From: Candidatus Moanibacter sp.
GTDB taxonomy: Bacteria > Verrucomicrobiota > Verrucomicrobiia > Opitutales > UBA2987
Assembly (NCBI GenBank): GCA_965215885.1
Contig: CBDCEW010000018.1
Coordinates: forward strand, 1 to 38,206
Reading direction: 5' to 3'
DNA length: 38,206 bases
Every line of letters starts with the position of its first letter. The first letter of the stretch is position 1. Below, piece after piece: positions 1 through 9,927 of this stretch. The notes beneath the pieces were generated by a model, which saw only the letters and a program-made list of their open reading frames with translations, was not told the DNA's origin and did not search any database. A program made the position numbers and the translations under genes.

Positions 1-533
1 TCTTTCGTAACCCCATAAACAGGGGCCAGCACCCATCGATCATCTCGGGATTGGCCCAGGCGGAAGGTCAATACTCTATCGTGATGGATGCCGATTTGCA
101 GAATCCGCCCGAAGCGGTTCCGAATCTGGTAGAGAGATTGGACCGTGATGATTCGGCGATTGTATTCGGCCGGCGGAAAAAAAGTGTGAGTTCGTGGCCG
201 GAGAGAATCACTTCCAGTCTGTTCAAGCGAACGGTAATTCGATTGATGAATGCAAATTTACCGCCTGAAATCGGCGCCTTTTTCGCGATAACGGGCGAAG
301 CTAAGGAGCGACTCTTGAGGTTGCGCGTTGAGAGGCCTTATCTCTTGCCGATGCTACTCGCCCTCGGTTTGCCTGTTGGGTATGTCGATTATGACGTCGC
401 ACCAAATCCGTTCCGTGTGTCCGGCTATACATTTGCTTCCCGTTTTGCCCTCGGCCTGCGCGGCCTGCGGCTTGCCTTGAAGCTGCGCGGTATGGAGTGG
501 ACAGGTGATAAGGACAGGACTTCAAATTCCTGA
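1..533 (+). CDS. Glycosyltransferase family 2 (DPM/ArnC-like), 5'-truncated by window edge
   Basis: Frame is open from position 3 (FRNPINRGQHPSIISGLAQ, the GT2 NxGQ...GL motif), then MDADLQNPPE (DxD motif) and VFGRR. Confidence 0.85.
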   Translation, partial: FRNPINRGQHPSIISGLAQAEGQYSIVMDADLQNPPEAVPNLVERLDRDDSAIVFGRRKKSVSSWPERITSSLFKRTVIRLMNANLPPEIGAFFAITGEAKERLLRLRVERPYLLPMLLALGLPVGYVDYDVAPNPFRVSGYTFASRFALGLRGLRLALKLRGMEWTGDKDRTSNS

Positions 534-615
534 ATTAGATGTACCATCGACTTGGTCTTTCGTGGCCAGGGGCGTCTTCGGGGGGCGCTGGATTACCGTT
601 CTCTTTAGGCGGAAA

Positions 616-1359
616 CTAGCTTGGTAAGGACCCACCCCTGACCCCTCCGCGCTCCTTCCCTAATCCGCTGTTGATCTCTCTAACCGGCATTGCGGGTACG
701 CCGGCGACGAGAGTGTATGGGGCGACGTCCTTGGTCACAACTGAGCCCGCCGCGACCATTGAAAATTCCCCGATCGTGAGATCCTCGATTGTGGAGGCGC
801 CGATTCCGATGACGGCACCGTGGCCGACTTTCACATATCCCGCGATATTAACTCCTGGTTGGACGACTACGTAGTCACCCAGCCGTGAGTCATGTCCGAT
901 CGTTGCTCCACGATTTATGGTGACGTGTTTTCCCGCTTTCACCCCGGACGCGAATATGCTTCCCGCATTGACTATGGCGCCTTCCGATAGGTGGGTCGTT
1001 GAGGATACTGTAGCGGTAGGATGGATTAATTTCTCAAACGTTACCTGAAAACGAGAGACGACATCCTCACGCAGCGGTGCGATCCTAAAGCCGGTGAATC
1101 CGATTACATAGCGTTCTCCGTTGGTAGGGGAAAAATCTTTGAGAGCGAGTCTCTCCACTTCGTAGGAGGACATTCCCGTTTCAGAGTAAAGTGGCGCTGC
1201 TTTAAGCGCCTCGATACGCTCATCCAGCGTCAACCGCCCCGAATTCAGGGGCTCGGGAATATTCTCGACGATCTTCGATAGTGCCCCTCCCTGGGCGTGA
1301 ATGATCTCGACAATATCCCCGAGGAGGTAGTTGTGGCCGAACATGACATACTTTTCCAT
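616..1359 (-). CDS. Hexapeptide-repeat sugar O/N-acetyltransferase (NeuD/PglD-like)
   Basis: LIHPTATVS, ATIGHD, left-handed beta-helix hexapeptide repeats, AAGSVVTKDV...VAGVPA. ATG at 1359 (MEKYVMFG) preferred over the ORF-track start at 1440. Confidence 0.85.
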   Translation of the reverse strand: MEKYVMFGHNYLLGDIVEIIHAQGGALSKIVENIPEPLNSGRLTLDERIEALKAAPLYSETGMSSYEVERLALKDFSPTNGERYVIGFTGFRIAPLREDVVSRFQVTFEKLIHPTATVSSTTHLSEGAIVNAGSIFASGVKAGKHVTINRGATIGHDSRLGDYVVVQPGVNIAGYVKVGHGAVIGIGASTIEDLTIGEFSMVAAGSVVTKDVAPYTLVAGVPAMPVREINSGLGKERGGVRGGSLPS

Positions 1360-1623
1360 CGAAAGGGAATACTCATAAGAGGGCCGGGCAGGAGATACAA
1401 CTTTCAATCCGTTTGTTGAGGAACAGTGGCTAACACTCAAGGAATGCGATAAAGTTTTGCAATTTCATTCTCATTTGTAATTGCTAATGGATCATCTAGT
1501 AGATTTTCCAATGAAACCCGATAATAACCCTACATTCTACGTTATTATTAGGGTTTTTCGGGCATTTTCGGGAATTCCATAGCAAGGGAATTAATCTCAT
1601 AAGTTGTTGATTACAAATTTGAT

Positions 1624-1695
1624 GCCCCCATAGTTCAAGGGATAGAACTACGGTTTCCTAAACCGTCGATCCCCGTTCGAGTCGGGGTGGGGGTA
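1624..1695 (+). tRNA. tRNA-Arg (anticodon CCT), CCA not encoded
   Basis: Acceptor stem GCCCCCA/TGGGGGT, D-arm TAGTTCAAGGGATAGAAC, anticodon arm ACGGT-TTCCTAA-ACCGT, T-arm CCCC-GTTCGAGTC-GGGG. Confidence 0.95.
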
Positions 1696-1927
1696 AGTTT
1701 CCCTGGCTTCTTCTACCGTTCAATCCTCTGTGTGAGCACTGGCGATTGCGGCGACGCTAACGGCTGCCTAGACGACTAATCGGAGACGGTTCAAGGGGGG
1801 CTGGGCCGGGGGGTCCGTCGAAGCTGCCCACTACAGACTCATACAGGTCAGGTAGATCCCTTACAGAAACAGAACCCCGACAGTTAGCGCGTGTCCTAAA
1901 AGTGAAAACAATCTCTGCTTGTCTCTG

Positions 1928-1986
1928 CCTCCTGTGCGTCTCTGCGGTTCAAAAAATCTAACCACAGAGGCGTAGAGGGCGCAGGG
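1928..1986. repeat. Imperfect palindromic intergenic repeat / possible terminator
   Basis: CCTGTGCGTCTCTGCGGTT ... AACCACAGAGGCGTAGAGG forms an imperfect long hairpin just past the stop of the 2007..2939 gene. Confidence 0.5.
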
Positions 1987-2006
1987 AATATTTGCTTATC
2001 GCCTGG

Positions 2007-2939
2007 TCAAGGCTTTTTGAGCTGAGTTGGCGGTTTGTCGTCTTTCGTGGTGAATAGAATGAAGAGCCCGCCCATGGCGTCCTGCTTCTTATCAGTTGGG
2101 TTGTCGTAGGTCACGCGCAAGCGATACTTTTCATCGGGGCTGAAGGGGTAACCTTCGTCACTCGTATAAGTCGGCATGTTGATGAGCTGCCCATCGCTGC
2201 CACGATTTCCAACTGCTTTCCAAACGCTCTCGCCCTGAGTCTCATTGAACATCTCTACGAACTTACCGTAAGGATGGATGTGCACGCCCATGACGTGAAT
2301 CGTTCCCTCATAGGGGAACTGGAATTCGACCTCGCGTTCATCAATTCCAGGTCCAACCTTGTACAGATGCGGATTCTGTACGCTTTGAAGGGTCCCATAG
2401 AGAGGCTTAAGCGGTTTTTCCAGGTCCTTCGCTAAGACGTACTCGAGGGTGAACTGCATGCCGGCCTTCAAGACACCTGGGTCACGGTTGTTAAACATCG
2501 GCATCAATTCGATAGCCTCCTCCTTGTCAAAGTAGACACCGAAACCCTCTGGAAGGTGAAGCTCCGTGGTAAAACCGTCCGAGTAAAGACCCTTGAAAGG
2601 CCGGCCGTCATCGGACTGATACATCCAGCGGTCGGAAAAGAAAGTCTGCAACATTGTGTGGCAGTGATAATTGTCGTGCAGCTTGTTACCCTCAGGATCA
2701 ACAATCTTCGTCTTGTATGAAAGTACCCACAACGGTTCAAGAAAGCTGATTCTTTTGCTCCCCCCGGGCATTTGCTGCAAGCCGCGCGCTTCAAGATCGT
2801 AAGGGCCTAGGAAGATCTTGCGCTCGTGCTTCTGTATTGCCTGCTCCTTCTTGCCACCGGCAACCAACAATCCCGGCAGAAAGCACACTGCGGTGACAAC
2901 AAAAAACAACATACGAGAGGTTGGTCCGATTGTGCTCAC
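2007..2939 (-). CDS. Exported hypothetical protein, possibly copper type II monooxygenase (PHM/DBM-fold)-like
   Basis: N-terminal hydrophobic signal; HDNYHCH, HVMGVHIHPYG (HxH) and C-terminal YDNPT...DAMG motifs; AGGAAGAGGA RBS before GTG. Confidence 0.55.
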   Translation of the reverse strand: MSTIGPTSRMLFFVVTAVCFLPGLLVAGGKKEQAIQKHERKIFLGPYDLEARGLQQMPGGSKRISFLEPLWVLSYKTKIVDPEGNKLHDNYHCHTMLQTFFSDRWMYQSDDGRPFKGLYSDGFTTELHLPEGFGVYFDKEEAIELMPMFNNRDPGVLKAGMQFTLEYVLAKDLEKPLKPLYGTLQSVQNPHLYKVGPGIDEREVEFQFPYEGTIHVMGVHIHPYGKFVEMFNETQGESVWKAVGNRGSDGQLINMPTYTSDEGYPFSPDEKYRLRVTYDNPTDKKQDAMGGLFILFTTKDDKPPTQLKKP

Positions 2940-3179
2940 TTCCTCTTCCTGCCATGTTCAGAAATAGTGCGTTTCGAAGATGCTTCCCTGTGAAACAAAA
3001 GTATACTATATTTACCTACAACGGGTTCAGCAAACTTGATGCCTAAGCGGGAACCTTGGGGTAGAGTTGCGCCTCACGCGCCGAACCCTCGTCCTACGAG
3101 TACTGCTGTTGTCAAGCAAAAAATTCTTTGGGGCAAAAAAAACTACACCAATACCTACTCTGCTTTGGGGGTGCATCCG

Positions 3180-3486
3180 AGACTTTGACGCCGAGACTTA
3201 CGCTCGGCAGGCCTTCGGCATCACCGGCGGCGAGAAGCCGCTCAAGGTCCGGGCGCTGTTCAAGCCGAAACTGGCGGTCTCCATCACCGAGTGTCAGAGG
3301 CACCGTACCCAGGAGTCTCGGAAACGCCCGGACAGCCGGGTCGAGCTGCGACTGGAGACGACCGGCCGCAAGGAGCTAATCCGCCGAGTGTGCTCTTGGA
3401 TGCCGGACGTGAAGTTGCTTGCGCCCAAGAGTCTACGAGACAGGATCATTTAGAAGCTTCAGGATGGACTGCGAGCACAGGAATGA
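3180..3486 (+). pseudogene. WYL/WCX-domain regulator, C-terminal remnant
   Basis: DFDAETYARQAFGI...VELRLETTGRKELIRRVCSWMPDVKLLAPKSLRDRI resembles the WCX domain. HTH/WYL part absent; premature TAG at 3451 followed by in-frame KLQDGLRAQE-stop. Confidence 0.7.
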
Positions 3487-3684
3487 AACAAGATGGCCCG
3501 ACAACGCGATGCGAACCGCGGGCGCACCGCCCACAATCCTGATTCCCAATGAGCGAAAATAGCGATTCCTCGATCGTTCAAAAATTATCGCCTCCAGTAG
3601 ACGGCTCGACGCTCGCCGTGTTCCGTATGTTCTTTTCAGCCCTGATGATTTGGGAGGTATTTCACTTCTGGCCGAGACTAGATT

Positions 3685-5593
3685 GACCCCATTCGAAAAG
3701 CCTTTCGAGCGGACGGTTTCAGGTTTTCCGCCACAGGCGGACCAGCCTATGGCTGGCTGGCGTCGGGTTTCAGGCTGCCGATGAGCAGGTATTGAGCGGC
3801 CATCGGCGTGGCTTGCTGCACAATACGCATATTTGCCGCTGTTTGGAGGCATACTCATCCCGTGGTGCTTTTTTCTCCGAGCTGCAAAGCGGTCAGATTC
3901 AGGCCGCCTGTTCCAGTTCCTCCCGTCGTCGTTTCTTCATCAGTATGATGCGGCAGAAGTTGTAGGCCAGAACCTTCTCGAGCAGTTCATCGCCTACCGC
4001 ATCGATGCCGCGGCGGCCGAGTTCGCCAAAGGCAAATCCATCTTTAATCGTGAACATCAGCGACTCCACTGCGGAGCGATTGCGGCGTGCCTCGCGATAC
4101 GCCTCGCTCTCCCGGTCCTCGGGGGTGGTCAACTTCTTGCCCTTCGCCCCACTGATACTGATCTGCTTTACCCCCATGCCCAGCACCTCCTTGCGCCCCT
4201 TCGCCGAAGCATATCCGTCATCGGTGCTGATCAGTTCAGCAATGACACCGGTGCGCTTGATCGAATCGCCGATGGCCGGCGCCAGCTCAATGGAGTCTGC
4301 CGCATTGCCTTGCGGTACGATCAGGCTGGTGACAAAACCGTTTTCGCTGCGAACCAGTTGTGGCTTGTACCCGATCACTGGATTGCGGCTGCCCTTCTTG
4401 ATGTAGGCCGCCGATCCGTCCGACAGGCTCAGGACCTTCTGCGTGGACGGTAGCTTCTTTTCGTGAAACACCCGATCATGAGCATACTCAACAACCCGCT
4501 TGGCGTCGGCAATATCGCGCCTGATCTGGCTCAATACCCGCTTCAGAAGCTCCCGGCGAGTGGGAGGCAGTGAATCCATCGACAGGCCCTCTTCAAGATG
4601 GCTCAGTTCCCCCGTTAGTGAGTCGGCCGCCTTGCGGCCCCGCTTGAGCAACCGCCGGTAGTGTTTCTTCAGCTTGCCCTTCGACTTCGGGTTGCCCGCG
4701 GCCAGACAAATCTGAAACTCCAGCTTGTCCATCTCCTGCAGCCAACGCCCAACCCATCCCTTGCGAAAATCCTCCAGCCCGAATATATGCAACTTCTGAC
4801 CCAAACGATTGGCCCGCATCAAAAGACCGCTCAGAATCCTCCCATCGGTGGGCCAGCAGCTGTTTGCTTTCACCGAGGTGCTGTCGATCGTCAGCTTCCC
4901 GAAATCGTCCCATTGCTCCTGGAGGATAAACCCAATCTGTTTATCAAAGATCAGCTCGCGGGTCCTATGGCTGACCAGGTTCACGTTCTCCAGAATCGTC
5001 GTCACCGCCGGCATCCTCAGTCCCCGCCTCTGAAGAAATCCGTACAAGCTCATCGACTCGCGCAGAAACCGCCGTGCCGGTTTCGTGGTCAACGAACCGA
5101 GAAACCCACGAATCATCACGAACACGTATACCGCATAAGCCGGCATCCGCGGCCGGCCTACCGCAAGATTCAATTCAGCAGCCAGAATATTCTCCTCCTC
5201 GATGTCCAGCTCCGGCAGCTCCGCTGTGCGCCCTTCAAAGAACCTTCGATCTTCCAATCGAAGTTTCTTCTTCTCACGCGCATGGGCGTCCAGATCCTTC
5301 TCGATCGCCTCGATGATTTGCGCCGCGAACCCGGCCAATTCTTCAACTTCATCCAGAAAATCACGAAAATCCGTGTCTGGAACCGGCAGAATGAGGTTGC
5401 TAAGGGGCGTCTTGTCGCTTTTGTTCTCCTCTGTCGCACATGTTGGCATGTTTAACTCATTTCTTAATCTTAAGTTGTTAAACACTAGTATGTTGCGACA
5501 CTTTTTATCAAGCCGAAAAACTGATTTTTCTCAAGTTTTTCTTGCGCCTTTTGCGCCTCTTTGCGGCCAATCAGTAGCTTTTCGGATAAGGTC
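3685..5593 (-). mobile_element. Insertion sequence, copy 1 (DDE; IS5-like/ISNCY-type), 1909 bp
   Basis: Terminal IRs GACCCCATTCGAAAAGC / GACCTTATCCGAAAAGC (14/17 match); 6-bp TSD TAGATT at 3679-3684 and 5594-5599. Confidence 0.95.
3899..5449 (-). CDS. DDE transposase (copy 1)
   Basis: IDSTSVKANSCWPTD, IKKG...GYKP, DDGYAS and RSAVESLM motifs; near-identical to 34752..36302. Confidence 0.9.
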   Translation of the reverse strand: MPTCATEENKSDKTPLSNLILPVPDTDFRDFLDEVEELAGFAAQIIEAIEKDLDAHAREKKKLRLEDRRFFEGRTAELPELDIEEENILAAELNLAVGRPRMPAYAVYVFVMIRGFLGSLTTKPARRFLRESMSLYGFLQRRGLRMPAVTTILENVNLVSHRTRELIFDKQIGFILQEQWDDFGKLTIDSTSVKANSCWPTDGRILSGLLMRANRLGQKLHIFGLEDFRKGWVGRWLQEMDKLEFQICLAAGNPKSKGKLKKHYRRLLKRGRKAADSLTGELSHLEEGLSMDSLPPTRRELLKRVLSQIRRDIADAKRVVEYAHDRVFHEKKLPSTQKVLSLSDGSAAYIKKGSRNPVIGYKPQLVRSENGFVTSLIVPQGNAADSIELAPAIGDSIKRTGVIAELISTDDGYASAKGRKEVLGMGVKQISISGAKGKKLTTPEDRESEAYREARRNRSAVESLMFTIKDGFAFGELGRRGIDAVGDELLEKVLAYNFCRIILMKKRRREELEQAA

Positions 5594-7019
5594 TAGATTA
5601 CAATTTTTTGAAACGAGAATTCCTGTTTCACTACGAGTTTTTCTCCTTTGTGAGTCCCTGGCCGGGAAATGGGCTCTACTGGCATTTTGTAGTTATGGCG
5701 ATAGCGTCGTTTTGTATGCTGCTAGGAATCTGGTTCCGCATCTCAGCTGTGGTCTTTGCGCTGTGCTTTACCTATTTCTTTCTGTTGGAAAAAGCGATCT
5801 ATCTTAATCACTTCTATTTCGTCTGCTTGCTAGCGTGGCTCCTGGCGTGCACGAACGCCGATGCAAAATGGTCGCTGCCCATGGGCCAGCGTAGCAGATC
5901 GGGTACCGTGCCGATGTGGCAAATTGGTATTCTGCGATTCCAATTGATTGTGGTGTATTTCTATGGAGGGTTGGCAAAACTCAACAGTGATTGGCTGGCC
6001 GGCGAGCCGATTCGCCATTGGCTTAGGGCTCGGGCTAGTTGGGACACTGTTGGACCACTCTTTACGCAGGAGTGGTTTGTCTACTTTATTTGCTATGGTG
6101 GCTTACTGTTTGACCTCTTAATCGGGTTTGTCCTGTTATCGCGAAAGTTTCGCTGGTTCAGTTTTCCCGTATTGGTGTTCTTTCATCTCAGTAATATGTA
6201 TTTTTTCTCGATCGGCATCTTCCCCTATCTCGCTATTGGTTCGACCCTGCTTTTCTTAGATCCCGATCACCCGAGCCGACTCGCTGCCTGGCTCGGCCGC
6301 AAGTTCGGCAGGCGCCCGGCATCCGACAAGAAAAAGCCAAAAGCGTCAGCAGGAGTGCCTGCCGCGGAAATCAGGAAGAGCACACTGTTCTGCCTCACGG
6401 CGTATTGTTTGTTTCAGTTGCTCTTTCCATTCCGTCACTGGCTATATCCCGGTAATGTCGCTTGGACCGAGGAGGGCCACCGCTATTCCTGGCGCATGAT
6501 GCTGCGTACGAAAGCAGGGCACATGGCGCTCATCATACGAAATCCTGCCACAGGCCAAACGGCGCGGGTTACGCGTTTTCCCAAACTCACACGACGCCAA
6601 CAGAAAAAGATGAAAGCCCGACCGGACATGATAGTGCAGTACGTTCATTTTGTCCGCGATCAGTTCCGGCGCGAAGGCTACGACCCGGAGATTTACGTCG
6701 ACGCTTGGGTTTCGCTCAATGGCCGGGCGTATAAGCGCCTGGTGGATCCCGAGCGCGACTTGGCGAAGGTCGAGTACTCGCCCGTTGCAGCGAGTGAGTG
6801 GATCATGCCACTGGCCGCAGATCTCGAGTTCGGCCTCTATCCGCGTTTTCGCTGGGATGCAGCTCGTCGCAGTTCGGCGCCTAAGCGTCCGGAAATACTT
6901 AACAACAGCGCCGATGTGCGCTGACGGTCGAAGTTCAGCTGCACGGGCTTTCCTTGACTAGTTCCTCCTGGTCTCGTAATCGTAATCGTCCTCGAAATTC
7001 GGGGGAACTCCAAGAACGG

Positions 7020-8846
7020 TTACTGTTTCCTTCGGTTCAATTCCTGAGATAGAGCCAGGGCCATTGCTTCGATGGTGGGCTTTTCGGAGAATTCGAAGAG
7101 GGAATGATCGGTTCCAAATTCCTCTTCCATTCGGGTAAGTAACCTGGCGGCCAATAAAGAGTCGCCACCGAGAGCGAAGAAACTCTCATTAGTCCCTACG
7201 CGCTCGATTCGCAGGATCTCCTTCCAGAACTTTGCAACTTGCCTCTCGGCGTCATTGCGCGGGGGAACATGCTCTAAAGGTGCAGTGTTCTCAGTGCTGC
7301 TCATGGCAAGTCCGAATGATTGAGCGAGACGCCTACGTTGGATCTTGCCACTGGGTCCAGTTGGGATACTCTCAGCGAAGACGATGCGGCGAGGAACCTT
7401 AAAGCTTGCGATTCGCACTTTCAGATATTCCTGAATTTCCCTCCTGCTAATGGACTTTTCTTTACGCAGCACAACCGCCGCCGCCACCTCTTCACCAAGT
7501 CTCGCGTCGGGAAAACCGAAAGTAACGGCCTTTATGATCTCAGGGTGTTCCAACAGAGCTTCATCCACTTCCCGTGGTGAGATTTTCTCACCGCCGCGAT
7601 TTATTATCTCCTTAATCCTCCCTTTAATAAAGAGGTATCCCTCTGCATCGATATAGCCTTCGTCGCCGGTGCGAAACCACCCGTCTTTAAAGGATTCGGC
7701 ATTCGCTTCCGGGTTTGCCAGGTATCCCGGAAAGACATTCTCTCCGCTAATAACAATCTCTCCTGTTACGCCTTCCGGTTCAATAGATCCATCCGCGTTC
7801 ATAATTGCCACTTTCGGACCGGCGGCTCTACCCACCGAACCCGCTTTCCTGATGCCGGGTGGAAGCGGATTGCTCGCAATCTGGTGAGCCCCCTCAGTCA
7901 TGCCGTATGCTTCGATCGCGGGGACCAGAAAGAACTCTTCCAGATCCCTCATCAGCGTTGGTGCAAGGGGGGATGAAGCTGACCTCACTAAGCGAAATGC
8001 AGGCAATGTCGTGTCGGATTGGTCCGGGGTTGCCAGGCGATCGAGGATGGCTTGATGAATCGTTGGAACGGCGGAGTACCAGGTAGGATCAAACGCATCA
8101 ACCCAGTCGGAGAAATCCGGAGCCCTGAAACCGGGACAACAGACGACACTGCTTCCCGCGGCGAGGGAAGAGAGGAGGCACCCTACCAACCCGTGTATAT
8201 GAAAGAGCGGCATCACATTCAGACATTGGTCTGCGACGGTCAGTTTCAACGCTTCTTGCGTGTTTCTCGCGGAAACGATGACGTTGTGTTGTGTTAGGGC
8301 AACGATCTTGGGTCGGGAGGTTGTTCCCGATGTGTGCAGAACTAAGGCGATGTCGTCAGCGGTCGGATGATTGATCTCTTCGGAAGCATGGTTGAATTGA
8401 TCTTCATCAACAGTGAGATCGAATACACCCGCTTCCGCATTCTCCACTGGTGCTAGTTCACAAATTGGGATTTCTCTGTCACGGGCGGCCTCTCTTGCAG
8501 TTGATCCGATGTTTGAGTGAACGAGGAGGGCTTTCGGCTTTAGGTCAGAAAAGCAGAAATCAAACTCTGGTTTGGTATAAGCCGGGTTCAGGGGCGCGCT
8601 CCCAGCCACGCTCGATACGGTCAAGAAGGCCGTGGCCGCTTCGGGGCCATTCTCGACCACGATTGCCACTCGGTCGTCGCGCCTTAACCCGATCGAATTT
8701 AGTTTGCCGCCGATCTTTATAACCAGGGCAAAGAGTTCCTCATAAGTTAGCGGCCGGCGATTCGGTGCCAACAGTGCTGCCCGATCAGGTTGAGTCGCTG
8801 CCTGACTCTCCAACAATTCGAAAAGACTCGACGGTTCTGATCGCAT
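7020..8846 (-). CDS. AMP-binding acyl-CoA ligase (oxalate-CoA ligase-like) fused to a C-terminal carrier (PCP/ACP) domain
   Basis: HTSGTTSRPK, PLFHIHGL, YGMTE, FRTGD, INRGGEKISPREVDE; C-terminal FFALGGDSLLA phosphopantetheine site. Confidence 0.9.
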   Translation of the reverse strand: MRSEPSSLFELLESQAATQPDRAALLAPNRRPLTYEELFALVIKIGGKLNSIGLRRDDRVAIVVENGPEAATAFLTVSSVAGSAPLNPAYTKPEFDFCFSDLKPKALLVHSNIGSTAREAARDREIPICELAPVENAEAGVFDLTVDEDQFNHASEEINHPTADDIALVLHTSGTTSRPKIVALTQHNVIVSARNTQEALKLTVADQCLNVMPLFHIHGLVGCLLSSLAAGSSVVCCPGFRAPDFSDWVDAFDPTWYSAVPTIHQAILDRLATPDQSDTTLPAFRLVRSASSPLAPTLMRDLEEFFLVPAIEAYGMTEGAHQIASNPLPPGIRKAGSVGRAAGPKVAIMNADGSIEPEGVTGEIVISGENVFPGYLANPEANAESFKDGWFRTGDEGYIDAEGYLFIKGRIKEIINRGGEKISPREVDEALLEHPEIIKAVTFGFPDARLGEEVAAAVVLRKEKSISRREIQEYLKVRIASFKVPRRIVFAESIPTGPSGKIQRRRLAQSFGLAMSSTENTAPLEHVPPRNDAERQVAKFWKEILRIERVGTNESFFALGGDSLLAARLLTRMEEEFGTDHSLFEFSEKPTIEAMALALSQELNRRKQ

Positions 8847-9067
8847 TCCTCTACTCGATCTTTCCTTGGGATTTCAAGTGCGTTGCCAAACAGTGGAGGT
8901 AAATATCCCGAAATCCAGTTTATTCATCTGCCTTCCTTATTTTTGTCCAGAAATTCTGGTACTTCTGATTCTATGTTCGTATTTCGGCGAAATACGAACA
9001 TAGGCCGATGCAAGGCAACGGGATCAGAGCAACTGGAGATTCTGGGGCCGACGGGCTCTGTTGGGGG

Positions 9068-9562
9068 CTAGGAGACTGCCGGATCTTGCCGACTACCAAA
9101 CCACAGATAGAGCGCTACAATGAGGAGGACAATGGCTCGGAAAAAGGCGAAGCTTACGCTACCGAGAAAAGTGGTCTCTTCAAGGCTGGTACCGAAACAA
9201 CCGCAGGAAATTTCGAGACCACGTGCCCAAGCCTGACCGGTCGCGAGGATGAAGACGACGAGCAGCGAGGAGAGAAGAAGGAGGACACTCTCGATCCATA
9301 TCCCGAATAGAACAGCGAGTCCACAGAGCAGCTCCACCCAAGGCAGGACGACGGTGGTGAGGCGTAGGACAAATTCCGGCAGGGCAACTTCAAACCCGTA
9401 AAGGGAGACGAGAAAATCCTCGGGATTGAGAATCTTAACGGTCCCAGCCCACACAAAGATGAGGCCCAGAATCCAGCGGAGTATCAGCCCGCTTTTCTCG
9501 CGAATTCTCTTGAAGAGTTTCGGCCGCATCTCGTCCACCAGCGGACCACCACTGTTACTCAC
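9068..9562 (-). CDS. DoxX/MauE-family membrane protein
   Basis: LGLIFVWAGTVKI, LPWVELLCG, RGLEISCGCFG; four TM segments. True start may be the ATG of MRPKLF. Confidence 0.85.
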   Translation of the reverse strand: MSNSGGPLVDEMRPKLFKRIREKSGLILRWILGLIFVWAGTVKILNPEDFLVSLYGFEVALPEFVLRLTTVVLPWVELLCGLAVLFGIWIESVLLLLSSLLVVFILATGQAWARGLEISCGCFGTSLEETTFLGSVSFAFFRAIVLLIVALYLWFGSRQDPAVS

Positions 9563-9575
9563 AGGGAAAAGCGGG

Positions 9576-9661
9576 CTAGTCCCGGCAGGCCGGGATCGGA
9601 CTTTATGCCTCTTTCGAAGAGATTACTCGGTTTCATTGCGATCCCGGCTTGCCGGGACTAG
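9576..9661. repeat. REP-like inverted repeat pair
   Basis: CTAGTCCCGGCAGGCCGGGATCG (9576-9598) vs CGATCCCGGCTTGCCGGGACTAG (9639-9661): 22/23 inverted match. The same unit recurs near 14792-14810. Confidence 0.8.
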
Positions 9662-9663
9662 AA

Positions 9664-9761
9664 AGGAATCTGTCGGTCTCATCTTGATCGGAATGTCGAG
9701 CCGTCACCTTGAAATATGGACCGCGGAAATGTTAGGAATGCTAAGTCCGACAGATTCCTAG
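9664..9761. repeat. Short MITE-like element with AGGAATCTGTCGG inverted ends
   Basis: Perfect 13-bp IR at 9664-9676 and 9747-9759; the same end motif occurs at 15152-15170, 22177-22196 and (degenerate) 33707-33726. Confidence 0.65.
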
Positions 9762-9862
9762 CGCCTGATGAGAGGTAATCCGTCTGGATTTAAGGCGTTG
9801 AGGATGAGGCCGATGGAAGTGGCCAAAGCTAATACGATGAATATTCGGCCCACGATAACCAT
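9758..9862 (-). CDS. Small 34-aa membrane peptide or truncated N-terminal anchor (rhodanese-type anchor-like)
   Basis: Below the ORF-track cutoff. AAGGAGAAGAGG RBS, then MVIVGRIFIVLALATSIGLILNALNPDGLPLIRR; its stop coincides with the repeat end. Confidence 0.5.
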   Translation of the reverse strand: MVIVGRIFIVLALATSIGLILNALNPDGLPLIRR

Positions 9863-9927
9863 CAGGCGCTTCCTCTTCTCCTTTAGTCTCAACTTTCAAC
9901 CCCGAATTTTGAACTTTGAGAATTGAG

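Larger units (their letters stand above)
3549..6924 (+). pseudogene. HTTM-domain / vitamin-K-dependent gamma-carboxylase-like membrane protein, interrupted by IS (3549..3684 + 5600..6924)
   Basis: Removing the IS and one TSD copy gives a continuous 486-aa frame MSENSDSSIVQKLSPPVDGSTLAVFRMFF...WPRLDYNFLKREF... with YLNHFY, KLNSDWLAGE, YSWRMMLR and VSLNGR motifs. Confidence 0.9.

Noticed and set aside
1696..1900. Structured ncRNA or att site after tRNA-Arg
   Set aside because: No recognisable family motif or convincing long stem, no integrase, and no repeat of the tRNA 3' end seen.
4005..5807. Antisense and alternative-frame ORFs in the IS, and similar shadow ORFs over other genes (e.g. 31476..32255, 32949..33860)
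   Set aside because: They overlap well-supported genes, lack motifs, and recur only because the IS is duplicated or the DNA is GC-rich.
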